A DNA stretch of 64,000 nt, from assembly GCF_006345805.1 (NCBI RefSeq), contig NC_043003.1, forward strand, positions 101,556,001 to 101,620,000. Reading direction: 5' to 3'. Origin of the DNA: Octopus sinensis (lineage: Eukaryota). Position 1 is the stretch's first letter, and every line of letters begins with the position of its first letter. The translations under genes were made by a program, and so were the position numbers. The notes under the pieces were generated by a model. It had not been told where the DNA came from. It made no database searches and saw nothing but the letters and a program-made list of their open reading frames with translations. Positions 39,901-53,184 of this stretch are shown here, one piece after another.

Positions 39901-40279
39901 TGTAGATCTATCAATTCATTTCAGTTTACTGAAATGAATTGATAGGTCCACATTTAATATCCAAAGGTACACCTTTTTTTTTTTTATTCTGATGAAATTA
40001 GACTCATGTCAAATAAATGTAAATTTAATGTACAAATTTGTAATTAAATTATTGAGTATTATTGAAATGGCATTAAGAAGCAATTTGTTAATAATAAACA
40101 ATTATAAACTTGCTTATCGCCATTTTCTTTTCTTCTTTTAAATGGATATAAACTATATGCTTTATATACACCTATTGTTTTAAGGGAATTTCATTCCCCC
40201 AAAATATTAGGTATTGAACCAGCATTTCCTTGGATGCAACCATCCCTTCGTGAGGTTAACATATCATTTAATATATATA

Positions 40280-43200
40280 ACATCATCATCATTTAGCATC
40301 CGCTTTCCATGCTAGCATGGGATGGATGGTTCAACTGGGGTCTGGGAAGCCAGAAGGCTGCACCAGGCCCAGTCTGATCTGGCAATGTTTCTACGGCTGG
40401 ATGCCCTTCCTAATGCCAACCACTCTGAGAATGTAGTGGGTGCTTTTTACGTGCCACCGGCACAGGTGCCAGGCGAGTCTGGCAAACGGCCATGATTGGA
40501 TTGGTGCTTTTTACGTGCCACCGGCACGGAGGCTCATCGGGGCGGCGCTGGCAATGGCCACGTTCGGATGGTTTGCTTACGTGCCACCGGCACTGGTATC
40601 ACAGCTGCAATTTCCATTGATGTTGATCGATTTTGATTTCGATTCTGATTCTCACTTGCCTCAACAGGTCTTCACAAGTAGAGTTTGTGTCCCAAAAAGC
40701 AAAGGTATACATAAGTGGACTGGCTACATCCCAGGTAGAGGCCACAGGTTATGGTCTCACTTGTCCTGCCGGGTCTTCTCACGAACAGCATACTTCCATA
40801 GGTCTCGGTCTCTAGTCATTTCCTTGGTGAGACCTAAAGTTCGAAGGTTGTGCTTCACCACCTAGTCCCAGGTTTTCCTGGGTCTACCTCTTCCACAGGT
40901 TCCCTCAACCGCTAGGGTGGGGCACTTTTTCACACAACTATCTTCATCCATTCTCGCCACATGACCATACCAGTGCAAACGTCTCTCTTGCACACCACAA
41001 CTGATGCTTCTTAGGTCCAACTTCTCTCTCAAGGTACTTACACTCTGTCGAGTATGAACACTAACATTACACATCCATCGGAGCATACTGGCTTCATTTC
41101 TTGCGAGCTTATGCATATCTTCAGTAGTCACGGCCCATGTTTCACTGCCATGTAGCATGGCTATTCGTACACATGCGTCATACAGTCTGCCTTTTACTCT
41201 GAGCGAGAGGCCTTTTGTCACCAGCAGGGGTAAGAGCTCTCTGAACTTAGCCCAGGCTATTCTTACTCTAGCAGTTACACTTTCAGCACACCCGCCCCCG
41301 CTACTGAGTTGGTCACCTAGGTAACAGAAGCTATCAACTATTTCTAGTTTTTCTCTCTGGAATGTGGTGGAAGTTGGTCTCTGCGCATTTTCAGTGTTTA
41401 TTGCTCCTGAGTATCTGCCACATACAAAATCTATTTTCCTAGTTAGCCTTCCCTTGACATTGCTGCATCACTTATGTGTCCATAGCTTACACTTGGTGCA
41501 TCTTATAGAGTTTCTACCTATGTCTTTTCTACAGATCGAGCAGGGCCATCTACCTGAAGGCGTTTGTGATTGGTCTACCTTCCTACTTATTAGGACTTTT
41601 GTTTTAGCTAGGTTGACTCTAAGGCCCTTCGATTCTAATCCTTGCTTCCACACCTGAAACTTCTCCTCCAGATCTGATAGGACTCAGCATTTAGAGCAAG
41701 GTCATCAGCATAGAGGAGCTCCCAGGGGCATCCTGTCTTGAATCCCTCCGTTATTGCCTGGAGGACTATGATAAATAGGAGGGGGCTGAGTACTGAGCCT
41801 TGGTGGACCCCTACCTCTACCCGGAATTCTTCACTGTACTCATTTCCAACCCTCACCCTACTAGCGGCGTCCCTATACATGGCCCGCACAGCTCTCACTA
41901 ACCATTCATCTATCCCTATTTTTCTCATTGACCACCAGATAAGGGATCGGGGGACCCTGTCAAAGGCTTTCTCCATGTCAACAAAAGCCAGGTACAGGGG
42001 CTTATCTTTGGCTAGGTATTTCTCCTGCAGCTGTCTTACCAGGAATATAGCATCAGTAGTACTTTTCCCTGGCACGAACCCAAACTGCATCTCATCTAAA
42101 CTAACTCTCTCTCTAATTAGTTGGGCTATGACCCTCTCCGTAACCTTCATTACCTGGTCCAACAGCTTGATACCCCTGTAGTTATTAGTATCTAGGGCGT
42201 CACCTTTACCTTTGTAGCAGTTGACTATTATGCTGCTACACCAGTCATTGGGAATGACTCCTTCGTGTATCACCTGGTTAACTATACGGGTGACTAGGCT
42301 ATAGCCGACATTGCCAGATATTTTGAGCATCTCTGCAGTAATTTCTGATAGGCCGGGGGCTTTCCTTGTCTTCATGCTTGTAATTGCTTTAACTACCAAG
42401 AAACTGTCAACTCAGATAGCTGGTCCCTCTGTTGGGTCGACATTCGGCAGACTCTCTTTATCCCATTCATTTTCTTTATTCAGCAACCTTTCATAGTGGC
42501 ATCTCCAAACCTCTCTCTTTGCATCCTCATTCAGTGCAAGTGAGCCATCATCCATGCGAACACATTTCTCTCCTACAACATCACGATTCTTGCAACACGA
42601 AATACCTCAAGTCTTTGGTCCTCACGGTGCAGAATATTGGCAAATATTTTCTTATCTGCTTCCCCTCTGGCTAAATAAACCTGCCTCCTAGCTTCCCTTC
42701 TGGCAGTCTGATACACTTCCCTGCTACCACCATTCTTCCAGTCCTTCCCAGCCTGTTTCTTTTGTCTAATAGCCCTGTCAACATTATTTTGGGTCTTGAG
42801 GGGACTTTGCACCAACTACAGATCTAGTCAGTGGCTCTCAGCAGGTTGTCCCTTAGAGACCTCCAGTTGTCTTCTACCCCATGTGAAGCTATATCCCCTT
42901 CTATTTCATCAAAGGCTTCAAGTAATATGTCTCTAAATCTCTGTCCATTCACAGGATCTTTAAGCTTCCAGACCCTTCTTCTCCGTGTTGGTCGTCTTCT
43001 GGTCGTCCTCTTAGTCCTGATCCTAAAGTCACTAACTATCAGTCTATGTTGTGGGGTACATTCTTCACCTGGGAAGGTTTTGGCATTCATAAGCAGTCAT
43101 CTTTCCCTTTTTCTGGCAAGGATGTAGTCGATTTGGCTGGTATGTCGGCCTGATCGGTAGGTGACTAGGTGGCTGGTAGGTTTCCTGAAGTTAGAGTTGC

Positions 43201-43318
43201 AAACCATAAGACTATTCGGATAGCAGAACTCCAGCAGCCTGGTTCCCTCCTCGTTGCGGGAACCATAACCGTAGCCTCCATGTACGCCATGGAAGCCCTC
43301 AGCATGGAAGCCCCTAGG
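40280..43318 (-). mobile_element. Longest RTE LINE copy (partial APE + RT + finger + 3' UTR), frameshifted
   Basis: APE remnant GYGYGSRNEEGTRLLEFC...SQIDYIL; RT ORF 41635-42399; C-terminus 40862-41221; (CAT)n tail near 40282. Confidence 0.92.
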
Positions 43319-43319
43319 T

Positions 43320-45125
43320 AGGTTGTTCATGCACGATTCACAGCAGTTACCTGGTACAAGGCCACTGCGAAACCAAAGGAGTCGTGTATCAAGCCGATGT
43401 TTGAGCAAACCCTGCCAATGCTACTGGCAGAAACAATAGTGGCCGTAGATATGATGACAGAACCAACAACAGAGCCTTCAACACTACCACAACCACCACA
43501 GTGGACGACTTTAGTGATGTCAACAACAGCAGCACCAACAGCACCTTTAATGGCACCATCACTAACATTGGCCACAGGAACGTTGCCTTCAACACCAGCC
43601 CTACCAACAGCTTCCCTGATGTTCAGAGTAGCAGAGCTGCCAATGTCCACACTGGCAGGACTGATTGTAGCAGCAGTGGCCCTAGCAAAAGCCCCCAACA
43701 TAGGCTCAGCTAATGATGCCTCCAGCAGCAGTAGCAGCGCCTCCATAACTGGTAATGGCTATATTATTAACAATGCCACTACCACCCCCACTTCTGCCAA
43801 CACCAACAGCCCCAGCTCCAGCTCCAGCAATATCGACAGCAGCAGCAATAGCGTGGAGGCGCAATGGCCCAGTGGTTAGAGCAGCGGACTTGCAGTCTGA
43901 GGATCGCGGTTTCGATTCCCAGACCAGGCGTTGTGTGTGTTTATTGAGCGAAAACACCTAAAGCTCCATGAGGCTCCGGTAGGGGGTGGTGGCGACCCAT
44001 GTTGTACTCTTTCGCCCCAACTTTCTCTCACTCTTTCTTCCTATTTCTTGTCCCCGACTTCCTACGCAACCGCTGAGCCTGGATGCGCATTCAGCCATCC
44101 GTCCATGCTCTCGGTGTCAGGGGTTGACTGGTTTTCTCTTCTGCGGGTCTTACCACGTTTTGGACTTCTCCCATCTTACGAGCTCTGGGATGAAGACCGT
44201 TCGCTCAACAGCAACAGTAACAGCAGCAGCAACAATAACAGCAACAACATCAGCGACAACATCAATAATATCAGCAGCATCAGTAACATAAACAGGTGCT
44301 TTACCGGCATTACCAACACAACCACCACCTCCAGCGGCACCAACACCAGCAGCCCCAGCTCCAACATCATCAGCATCAACATCAACAGCAGCAAGACCTG
44401 TTGACCTATGACCTTTTTAAAATATAGAGGGAAAAAGTCTGGATTATCTCCTTTTGCTATTGACTTCTGGTCAGGCTGCCATCAATCAGCTATAAGGGTA
44501 AACAATGGGGGGGTTATCTCCTTCTCCCATTAGCCATCAACTTCCAGCTGTTCCCAAAAGGTCAGCAGAAATTTCCAAAAATGCAGACATGGCCCCAAAA
44601 TCTCTGTTCTGGAGTTAAGTATAGCCCCTGGCTTGTGTGAGTCCCTTAGGATTCTCATGTGTTTGGCTATACATAGCTTGCAGCATTTCATCCCATTAAT
44701 GTAGGGACCTGGGTTTTTGAGGATTTTCCATGAGATCGTGTATGGAACTCCGTCATCTTTTAGTTGCCAAACATAGCTGGCCAGTGATGTTACATATCTT
44801 CTTTCCAGGACTCTGAAGGAGGATCCATGGTTGGAAAAACGTTTCTTGAATGAATTTCTGGTACAACCAATATATTTCTGTGGACGCACGATGTTGGTGG
44901 TGTACCTATTATTGCTGCTGCCACTGTTGGTGCAGTTGTGGCTGCCAATATTGTTGCTGCTGCCACTGTTGATACTGTTGATGATGTTGCTTCTGCTGCT
45001 GCTGTTGATGTTGTTGTTGTTGCCAATGATCTTGCCACTGTTGATGCTGTCTTGGGATCTGAAGTTAAACCCTTTATGGATGGGAAACCCAGAGTAATCC
45101 TCTAAACCAGCCTTTACCAGGAAAA
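43320..45125. mobile_element. Split PLE GIY-YIG endonuclease fragment with low-complexity insert
   Basis: + strand CSC...GHCETKGVVYQADV at ~43322-43404; - strand KYIGCTRNSFKKRFSNH...CKLC...CLH at 44530-44889. Confidence 0.7.
43858..44185 (+). mobile_element. tRNA-derived SINE
   Basis: A-box tggcccagtggttagagc and B-box ggtttcgattcc; related copy on - strand at ~61825-62130. Confidence 0.75.
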
Positions 45126-45960
45126 TATAGCTCGGGCAAAGTTCAGAGAGCTCTTACCTCTGCTGGTGACAAAGGGCCTCTCACTCAGAGTAAAAGGTAG
45201 ACTGTATGATGCATATGTACGAACAGCCATGCTACATGGCAGTGAAACGTGGGCCGTGACTGCTGAGGGCATGCATAAGCTCGCAAGGAATGAAACCAGT
45301 ATGCTCCGATGGGTGTGTAATGTCAGTGTGCATATTTGAGAGAAAAGTTGGACCTAAGAAGCATCAGATGTGGTGTGCAAGAGAGACGACTGCGCTGGTA
45401 TGGCCATGTGGCGAGAATGGATGAGGAAAGTTGTGTGAAAAAGTGTCACACCCTAGCGGTTGAGGGAACCTGTGGAAGAGGTAGACCCAGGAAAACCTGG
45501 GACGAGGTGGTGAAGCACGACCTTCGAACAAGGAAATGACGAGAGACCGAGACCTATGGAAGTATGCTGTGCGTGAGAAGACCCAGCAGGACAAGTGAGA
45601 TCATAAATCGTGGCCTCTACCTGGGATGTAACCAGCCCACTTATGCCTACCTTTCCTTCAGTGGACACTAAACTCTGCTTGCAAAGACCTGTTGAGGCAA
45701 GTGAAATAGAAATCAAATCAAATTCGTAGATCAAAATTAAATCTAATTCACAAATTTTTCATGCCACTGGCTTCCGTGCCAGTGACATGTAAAAGCACCC
45801 ACTACACACTTGGAGTGGTTGGCGTTAAGAACGGCATCCAGCTGTAAAAACTCTGCCAGATCAGATTGGAGCCTGGTGCAGCCATGTGGTCTGCCAGTCC
45901 TCAATCAAATCGTCCAACCCATGCTAGCATGGAAAGTGGACATTAAATGATGATGATGAT
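45125..45960 (+). mobile_element. RTE LINE 3' fragment
   Basis: AKFRELLPLL...GRGRPRKTWDEVV, 3' UTR, (GAT)n. Confidence 0.85.
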
Positions 45961-46394
45961 GACATATATATAAATATATATATATATATATTTAAAAAAG
46001 GAGATGTGGAACACGAGTTGTGATATATAAAGAAAGTAAATGAAGAAAATGCTGACAAAATAATTTAAGTAAGAGAGAGTGTATTTAATTAGGTGAAAGT
46101 TCTTTTTACCGGTTGCGCATTTGTTATGCTTATCAAAAGATATTTTTTTAAGAGAGATAGAGTTCCTTTCTGATAGATTTTTTTTCTCTGATATATATAT
46201 ATATATATATAGGTATGGCTGTGTGGTAAGAAGCTTACTTCTCAACCGCATGGTTCTGGGTTCAGTCCCACCTTGGACAAGTGTCCTCTACTATAGCCTC
46301 AGGCTGACCAAAAACCTAGAGAGTGGATTTAGTAGATGGAAACTGAAGGAAGCCCATCGTATGTGTGTATATTTATATATATATATATATATCA

Positions 46395-48310
46395 GGAGAG
46401 AAATGCATCTGCATAGATGATGGTGCACTTGCTTTCGACGTTTCTGAAAAGAAAAAGGCTTGGAGAAGCCATTATGAGAGACTGCTGAATGTGGAGAATG
46501 AATGGGAGGAGGAGAGCCTGCCAAACGTTGACGTAGTAGAGGGAACAGCTATCCGAATAGACAGCTCCCTAGTAGTTAAGGCAATTAAGGGTATGAAACC
46601 AGGAAAAGCCCACGGCCCATCAGGAATCACTGCTGAGATACTTAAAACATCTGGTGGTGTGGGTTATGTCCTAGTCACCCGCAAGTAGTTCATAATGGAG
46701 TCATAGCCAATGACTGGTGTAGCAGCACCATAGTCAACTGCTACAAGGGTAAAGGTGATGCTCTAGATAGAAATAACTACAGGGGTATTAAACTGTTGAA
46801 ACAGGTGATGAAGGTCACAGAGAGGGTTATAGCCCATCTCAGGGAGAGAATTTGCTTAGATGAGATGCAGTTCAGTTTTGTGCCGGGTAGAAGCACCACT
46901 GATGCCATATTCTTGGTTCAACAACTGCAAGAGAAATACCTAGCTAAAGATAAACCCCTCTACATAGCTTTTGTGGACTTGGAGAAAGTCTTTGACAGGG
47001 TCCCCCAATCCCTTATCTGGTGGGTGATGCGGAAACTGGAGATTGATGAATGGTTAATAAGGACTGTACAGGCCCTATACAGAGAGGCTGTCAGCAAGGT
47101 TAGGATTGGCAATGAGTATCGTGAAGAATTCCGGGTAGAAGTAGGGGTCCACCAAGGTTCAGCCCTCAGTCCCCTTCTATTCATCATAGTCCTCCAGGCA
47201 ATAACAGAGGAATTCAAAACAGGTTGCCCCTGGGAGCTCCTCTATGCTGATGACCTGGCCCTCATAGCAGAATCACTACCGGAACTAGAAAAGAAATTTC
47301 GGGTGTGGAAGCAAGGTTTAGAATCAAAGGGCCTTAGAGTAAATGTAGCAAAGACCAAAGTTATAGTAAGCAGAAAGGCGAACTCATCACACACCCCATC
47401 GGGCAGGTGGCCCTGCTCGAGCTGTAGGAAAGGTGTAGGTAGAAGCTCCATAAGATGTACCCAGTGTAAGCTATGGATGCATAAGAGGTGCAGCAACATC
47501 AAAGGAAAATTAACTGATAAGATAGCTTTCATGTGCGGCAGATGCACAGGGACAATAGACATGACAGACACTCAAAAGGCAGATTCCATCACACTCCAGG
47601 GGGAGAAACTAGAAGTAGTTGATAGTTTCCGCTACCTAGGCGACCAAGTTAGTAGTGGAGGTGGATGCTCAGAGAGTGTCACCACTAAAATACGAATAGC
47701 CTGGGCAAAGTTTAGAAAGCTCCTACCCCTAATGGTGACAAAGGGTCTCTCGCTCAGAGTGAAAGATAAATTGTATGATGCATGTGTGCAAACTGCCATG
47801 CTTCACGGTAGTGAAACATGAGCTGTGACTGCAGAGGACATGCATAGACTTGAAAGAAATGGAGTTAGCAAGATCCGCTGGATGTGTAATGTCAGTGTGC
47901 ACACATGACAGATTGTAAGCACCCTGAGAGAAATGCTGGACATAAGAAGCATCAGATGTGGTGTGCAAGAGAAATGCTTGCGATGGTATGGTCATGTACT
48001 GCGGATGGATGAGGAGAGATGTGTGAAGAAGTGCCACTCCCAAACAGTTGAAGGTATCAGGGGGAGAGGTAGACCCAGGAAGACATGGGATGAGGTAGTC
48101 AAGCATGACCTCTGAGCGTTGGGCACGTAAAAAGTACCCACTACACTCATGGAGTGGTTGGTGTTAGGAAGGGCATCCAGCTGTAGAAACACTGCCAGAT
48201 CAGACTGGAGCCTGGTGCAGCCTCCTGGTTTCCCAGACCCCGGTCGAACCGTCCAACCCATGCTAGCACAGAAAACGGATGTTAAACGATGATGATGATG
48301 ATGATGATGT
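46395..48310 (+). mobile_element. RTE LINE copy, 5'-truncated
   Basis: 341-aa RT frame 46796-47821 with YADD and Cys/His finger; shortened 3' UTR. Confidence 0.9.
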
Positions 48311-49056
48311 TTGTGTGTCTGTTTGTCTCTCACCATTGCTTGACAACTGGTTCAAGTGTGTTTACGTCCCCGTAACTTAGCAGATCAACAAAAGATATCG
48401 ATAAAATGAATACTAGGCTTGCAAAGAATAAATACTGGAGTCAAGTATATGGGGTCAAGTATATATATACTTCCAAGAGAGTTAGAGGTTGTGAATCCAA
48501 CCAACTAAGGGATAATATCTATCCAATATACTGCTGGTAGAATACCCAATTATTAATACACAAGTGATTAATACCTGGAAATTTATGACTTGTAGTATCA
48601 ATTAATATCACATGTTTATATGAATATATATATATGTTTGTGTATTATTATTATAATTATATAAAAAGAATAATATGAACTGCTGCAATAATACTTCCTT
48701 CTCAACACATGTAATACGTAAGTACCTATAGGTATGTTTGTATGTAAATATATATGTATGTGTGTGTGTGTGTGTATTCCTCATGTATAACCTTTTCATT
48801 CCTACATAACTACAATAATCTTAAGATACATTGATTTTTTTAAATTGCACAATTATTTCTCTTTCCTCTGTTTATACTTTGTCTAATGAGAATAATACAA
48901 TACACCTTATAATAATAATAATTGATTCCTTTGTATGCATATACATAATCATATGCTTATACATTTTAATAAATGTATGTATATGTGTTTATGTATTTGT
49001 AAAAATGTGCATATATGTATGTATTTATAATTATAACTTAACCTTATGAACTTTCT

Positions 49057-49194
49057 AAACTCTCTGAAGAAGCCCAGAGACACACCCACACACCCACGTA
49101 GCTTAATCTTATCCACCAAATACTTCAGTTCCCTGGAGGGATAGAAGTAGAATGGGGCACTATGGCCTCTTGGCTGAAACAGCTGTAAGATTTT
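49057..49194 (+). ncRNA. Type I hammerhead ribozyme with ~100-nt stem II insertion
   Basis: AAACTCT-CTGAAGA-AGCC...GGCT-GAAAC-AGCT-GTA^AGATTTT; one stem I mismatch. Confidence 0.72.
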
Positions 49195-49472
49195 ATCCTA
49201 CTTTAATAATTACTGGTATTTAATATTTTATATATTATATATGTAAAGCATATGTTGTACATGTACGTATATTGTTATAACTGTCTTTTTAAATAAATAA
49301 ATAAATAAATAGACGTAATATAATGTCTAAAAGTTGATGAATACCACCTCTTGATCCCCTCCATTTTCTTATTGTTATAGATGTGTGTGTGTGTGTGTGT
49401 GTGTGTGTTTTGCTTGTGGATTAATAATTGTTTGAACATGTGTGTGTGTGTCTGTATGTGTTGGTGGGTTTG

Positions 49473-49503
<31 letters not shown>

Positions 49504-49879
49504 AGATTAATTTTTGGACAAATCTCCCTCATTTGTAAGTGGATATGTATTTAGGTATGGTTTGGTGAATTTTAAAGTGTTCTGAGTGGGTGTGAATTCG
49601 TATACATTTTGTGTGAACATATGTCTGTTTCTGAGTGTGGGAATATATGTATGTGTGTATGAGCGCTTTTGTCTATATGTAAATCTGTGTATCTGTAAAT
49701 GTATGTGTTTTTTACGTATGTCATAAACATGTGTGTGCATGATTACTTGTATATGTGAATGTAAGTGCATGTGTAGTGTTTGTGTGTGTGAGTTTATGTA
49801 CGTCTATTTAAATGTATTCGTATGTGTGTGTATCTGTGCCTGTACTTTGTGTGTGTGTTTATATGACTGTATATGTATG

Positions 49880-50111
49880 TGCTTTTTCCGATAGTGGCAC
49901 TATTTCCAATTTATCTCTGTATCCCTACGCGAAAACAGTCCATATCATTCCTATGTAAGTCATCGTCAGTGTGAAAGTAAACCCAGTTTCGATGACGATG
50001 TAAGGCCAGGCTGTCTGCTTCGGCGAACCTTTCATACAATGGCATAATATTAACTCTCTCTCTATATATATTTATGTATGTATACCTGTGTGGGACACGT
50101 AGTGTTCGACC
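49880..50111 (+). promoter_or_regulatory. Probable SGSM3 promoter/5'UTR region
   Basis: Non-repetitive, CpG-enriched relative to the very CpG-poor background, immediately upstream of the putative start exon. No TSS data. Confidence 0.45.
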
Positions 50112-50178
50112 ATGGATTTTGCTCGCTCCGTATTAACAGGACGGAATAATGAGGGATACAGCCGAAAAGCAACAATCG
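50112..50178 (+). CDS. SGSM3: SGSM3 putative coding exon 1 (MDFARSVLTGRNNEGYSRKATI + G)
   Basis: ATG in strong context (gaccATGg) within a CpG-enriched patch, open frame to donor G|GTATGT; phase 1 matches the next exon (G+CT = Ala). Assigned by phase and position, not by recognised homology. Confidence 0.7.
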
Positions 50179-51326
50179 GTATGTAGTTTAACTGATTTGG
50201 TATAGTAAAACGAGAGCATGCATCAATAACGCAAAAATGGGGGATCATTTTTTGTATGGGGATAGGTTAGAAATTGATCCCCTACTTTACGGCCGCTCGT
50301 TTGCAAGGTACCCTGATCACCTTTTTCATTTGATTTGGCTTTCAACTCCGACTTCCTTTCTTATTCGTATTTTCATACCTGAGTTTATTTATATAACGAA
50401 TACTTGGCGGTTTTTTGTCAAAAAACTTTATTGTCATATATTTGTTTGCTTTTAATAATCAAACATTATTATTATTATTGTTGTTATTATTATTTGCGTT
50501 TCTTGTCCAGTATCATGTCTGTTGCATATTGACGGTCGAATTAAATATTGATGATCAAATTTCGTGCGGGGTTTATAAACCTTGTCTTTTTATTGAGCAA
50601 TATGTCGCTTCTACAAGTGTCCGATCACATGCATACACACTCGTTCATACACACACACACTCACATGCACACATATACACACACCTACAATTTCACACGC
50701 AAACATACGTGTGCATTTGTTGTTTGTGTGTAACATATATACAGGTGTAAATATGAACATATATGAATATATATATATTTATGTGTGTGTGTAATGTACT
50801 GTGAGTTTATTTCCTCGTACCTAGGTGTGAATTTATTGTATTTATCTAAGTTTATGTGTGAGGTACTCGCAGGTTCAACGATATAACCCCTCCCTTATAA
50901 CCACAAACCTCTCTCTTTCATATATACACACATAACTGAAAGAAGCCCGTCATGTGTGTGTGTGTGTGTGTGTGTGCTTGGCCTACACCACCACTTGACA
51001 ACCGGTGTTGGCGTGTTTATTCCCTGTAACACAGAGACCGATAGAATAAGTATCAGGCTTACAATGAAAATAGGTACCGCGGTCAATTAGTTTGACTAAA
51101 ATTTCCCCAAGATTTTGACCCAGCATCGCTGCTGTCTAATGACTAGAGAGAGAGAGAGAGAGGTGTGGCTGTGTCGTAAGAAGCTTGCTTTCTAACCACA
51201 TGGGTCCAGGTTCAGTCCCACTGCATGCCATTTTGGGCACGTATCTTCTACTATAACCTTAGGCAGACCAAAGCCTTGTAAGTGGATTGGGTAGACGGAA
51301 ACTGAAAGATGCCCATTGTATATGTA

Positions 51327-51385
<59 letters not shown>

Positions 51386-51791
51386 GTGTGCTTTTGTCTG
51401 TTTGTCCCCCACCACTGCTTGACAACTAGTGTTGGTTCGTTTATGTCTCCTTAACTTAGCACTTCAGTAAAAGAGACCAATAGACAAAAAATAAATACTA
51501 GGGACGATTTATTTGACTTAAAGTCCCTCAAGGCGATGCCCTAGCATGGAAACAGATAAACGTGTGTATGTGTATATGTATACATATATACTATAGTGCA
51601 CTTCATGTTTGCAGCTCCAATGAAGCTATACATCTCAGGCACTCAATTATGAGTCCACCGCATCTTATAGCAGAAACATCTATTTTCTTATTACCACTCT
51701 GTTCTTGACTAATGCTTTGTTCAGAAACTTACATATATTGAGGTCTACAGCTGGTTATAAGTATCGCAAATACAATATATATAACATACGC

Positions 51792-51861
<70 letters not shown>

Positions 51862-52104
51862 AAATATATTTGTATAATATATTTATATATATAATATATA
51901 TCTGGTATATAAGTATAATGTATGATATATATTTTCTGACAGCTGGTTGTTTTATAGGCTCAGGCATGGCGGTGTGCTAAGAAGCTTGCTTCCCAACCAC
52001 ATGGTTGCAGATTCAGTCCTACTGTATGGCACATTGGGCAAGTGTCTTCTACTATAGCCTTGGGCTATATAATATATATATATATATATATAATATATAT
52101 ATAG

Positions 52105-52259
52105 GTGTGGCTGTGTGGTAAGAAGCTTGCTTACCAACCACATGGTTCTGGGTTCAATCCCACTGCATGGCACCTCGGGCAAGTGTCTTCTACTATAGCC
52201 TCGGGCCGACCAAAGCTTTGTGAGTGGATTTGGTAGACAGAAACTGAAAGAAGTCTGTC

Positions 52260-52300
<41 letters not shown>

Positions 52301-52505
52301 TATATTTATGTGTGTGTGTCTTTGTCCTCCCACCATCGCTTGACAACCGATGTTGATGTGTTTATGTCCTTGAAACTTAGCAGTTTGGTAAAAAAGTCCA
52401 ATAGAATAAGTACTAGGCTTACAAAGAATGAGTTCTGGGGTCGATTTCTTTGACTAAAGGTGGTGCTCCAGCATGGCTGCAGTCAATGACTGAAACACAT
52501 AAAGG
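52105..52505 (+). mobile_element. SINE (gtggctgtgtggtaagaag family) with CR1-like tail; copies at ~2465, 19565, 46213, 51160, 51960 and 63000
   Basis: Dispersed repeats with tRNA-like head, internal microsatellite and ggtggtgctccagcatggc tail. Confidence 0.8.
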
Positions 52506-53095
52506 AGTAAAGAGTATATGTATATTGTACATATAATCTATATATATTGTATATAAAGGGTACAGAGTCACACTGATAACCAACTGGCAGAGAATCTGCC
52601 TTGGGTTAAACTAGTAGTAACAAGAAACAGCCACTTTGATGTGGCAACCGACTTTACTTTTTAGGATAGTTACTACTCTATCACTTCTTGAGATTTTACC
52701 TAGCTATTTTGTTTATATATATGCTAGCATGGGTTGGACGATTCGACCGGGGTCTGGTAAGCCATGGAGGCTGCACCAGGCTCCAGTCTGATTTGGCAGT
52801 GTTTCTACAGCTGGATGCCCTTCCTAACGCCAACCACTCCGTGAGTGTAGTGGGTGTTTTTTACGTGCCACTGGCACAGGAGCCAGCGCAGGCTGGCAAA
52901 CAGCCATGATTGGTTGGTGCTTTTACATGTCACCGACATGGACGCCAGTCAGGCGACGCTAGTAACTGCCACGCTCAAACGGTGCTTTTACGTGTCACCA
53001 GCACTGGTGTCTTAACTACAATTATCATTCGAATTTTTGATGTTGACGAACTTGACTCAACAGGTCTATGTATATGTATATATAATATATATATA

Positions 53096-53142
<47 letters not shown>

Positions 53143-53184
53143 TATTTTTTTTTTTTCTTCTTTTTTCTCTAGTTTCAGCTCAGA

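Noticed and set aside
43858-43930. tRNA gene
   Set aside because: tRNA-like head continues into a SINE body; no complete cloverleaf or acceptor stem.
43327-44404. Overlapping low-complexity ORFs resembling mucins or membrane proteins
   Set aside because: CAA/CAG-rich sequence open in several frames inside a PLE fragment; no splice structure or host homology.
46101-46140. Hammerhead on - strand
   Set aside because: Core has lost nucleotides and GAAA is GCAA; relic only.
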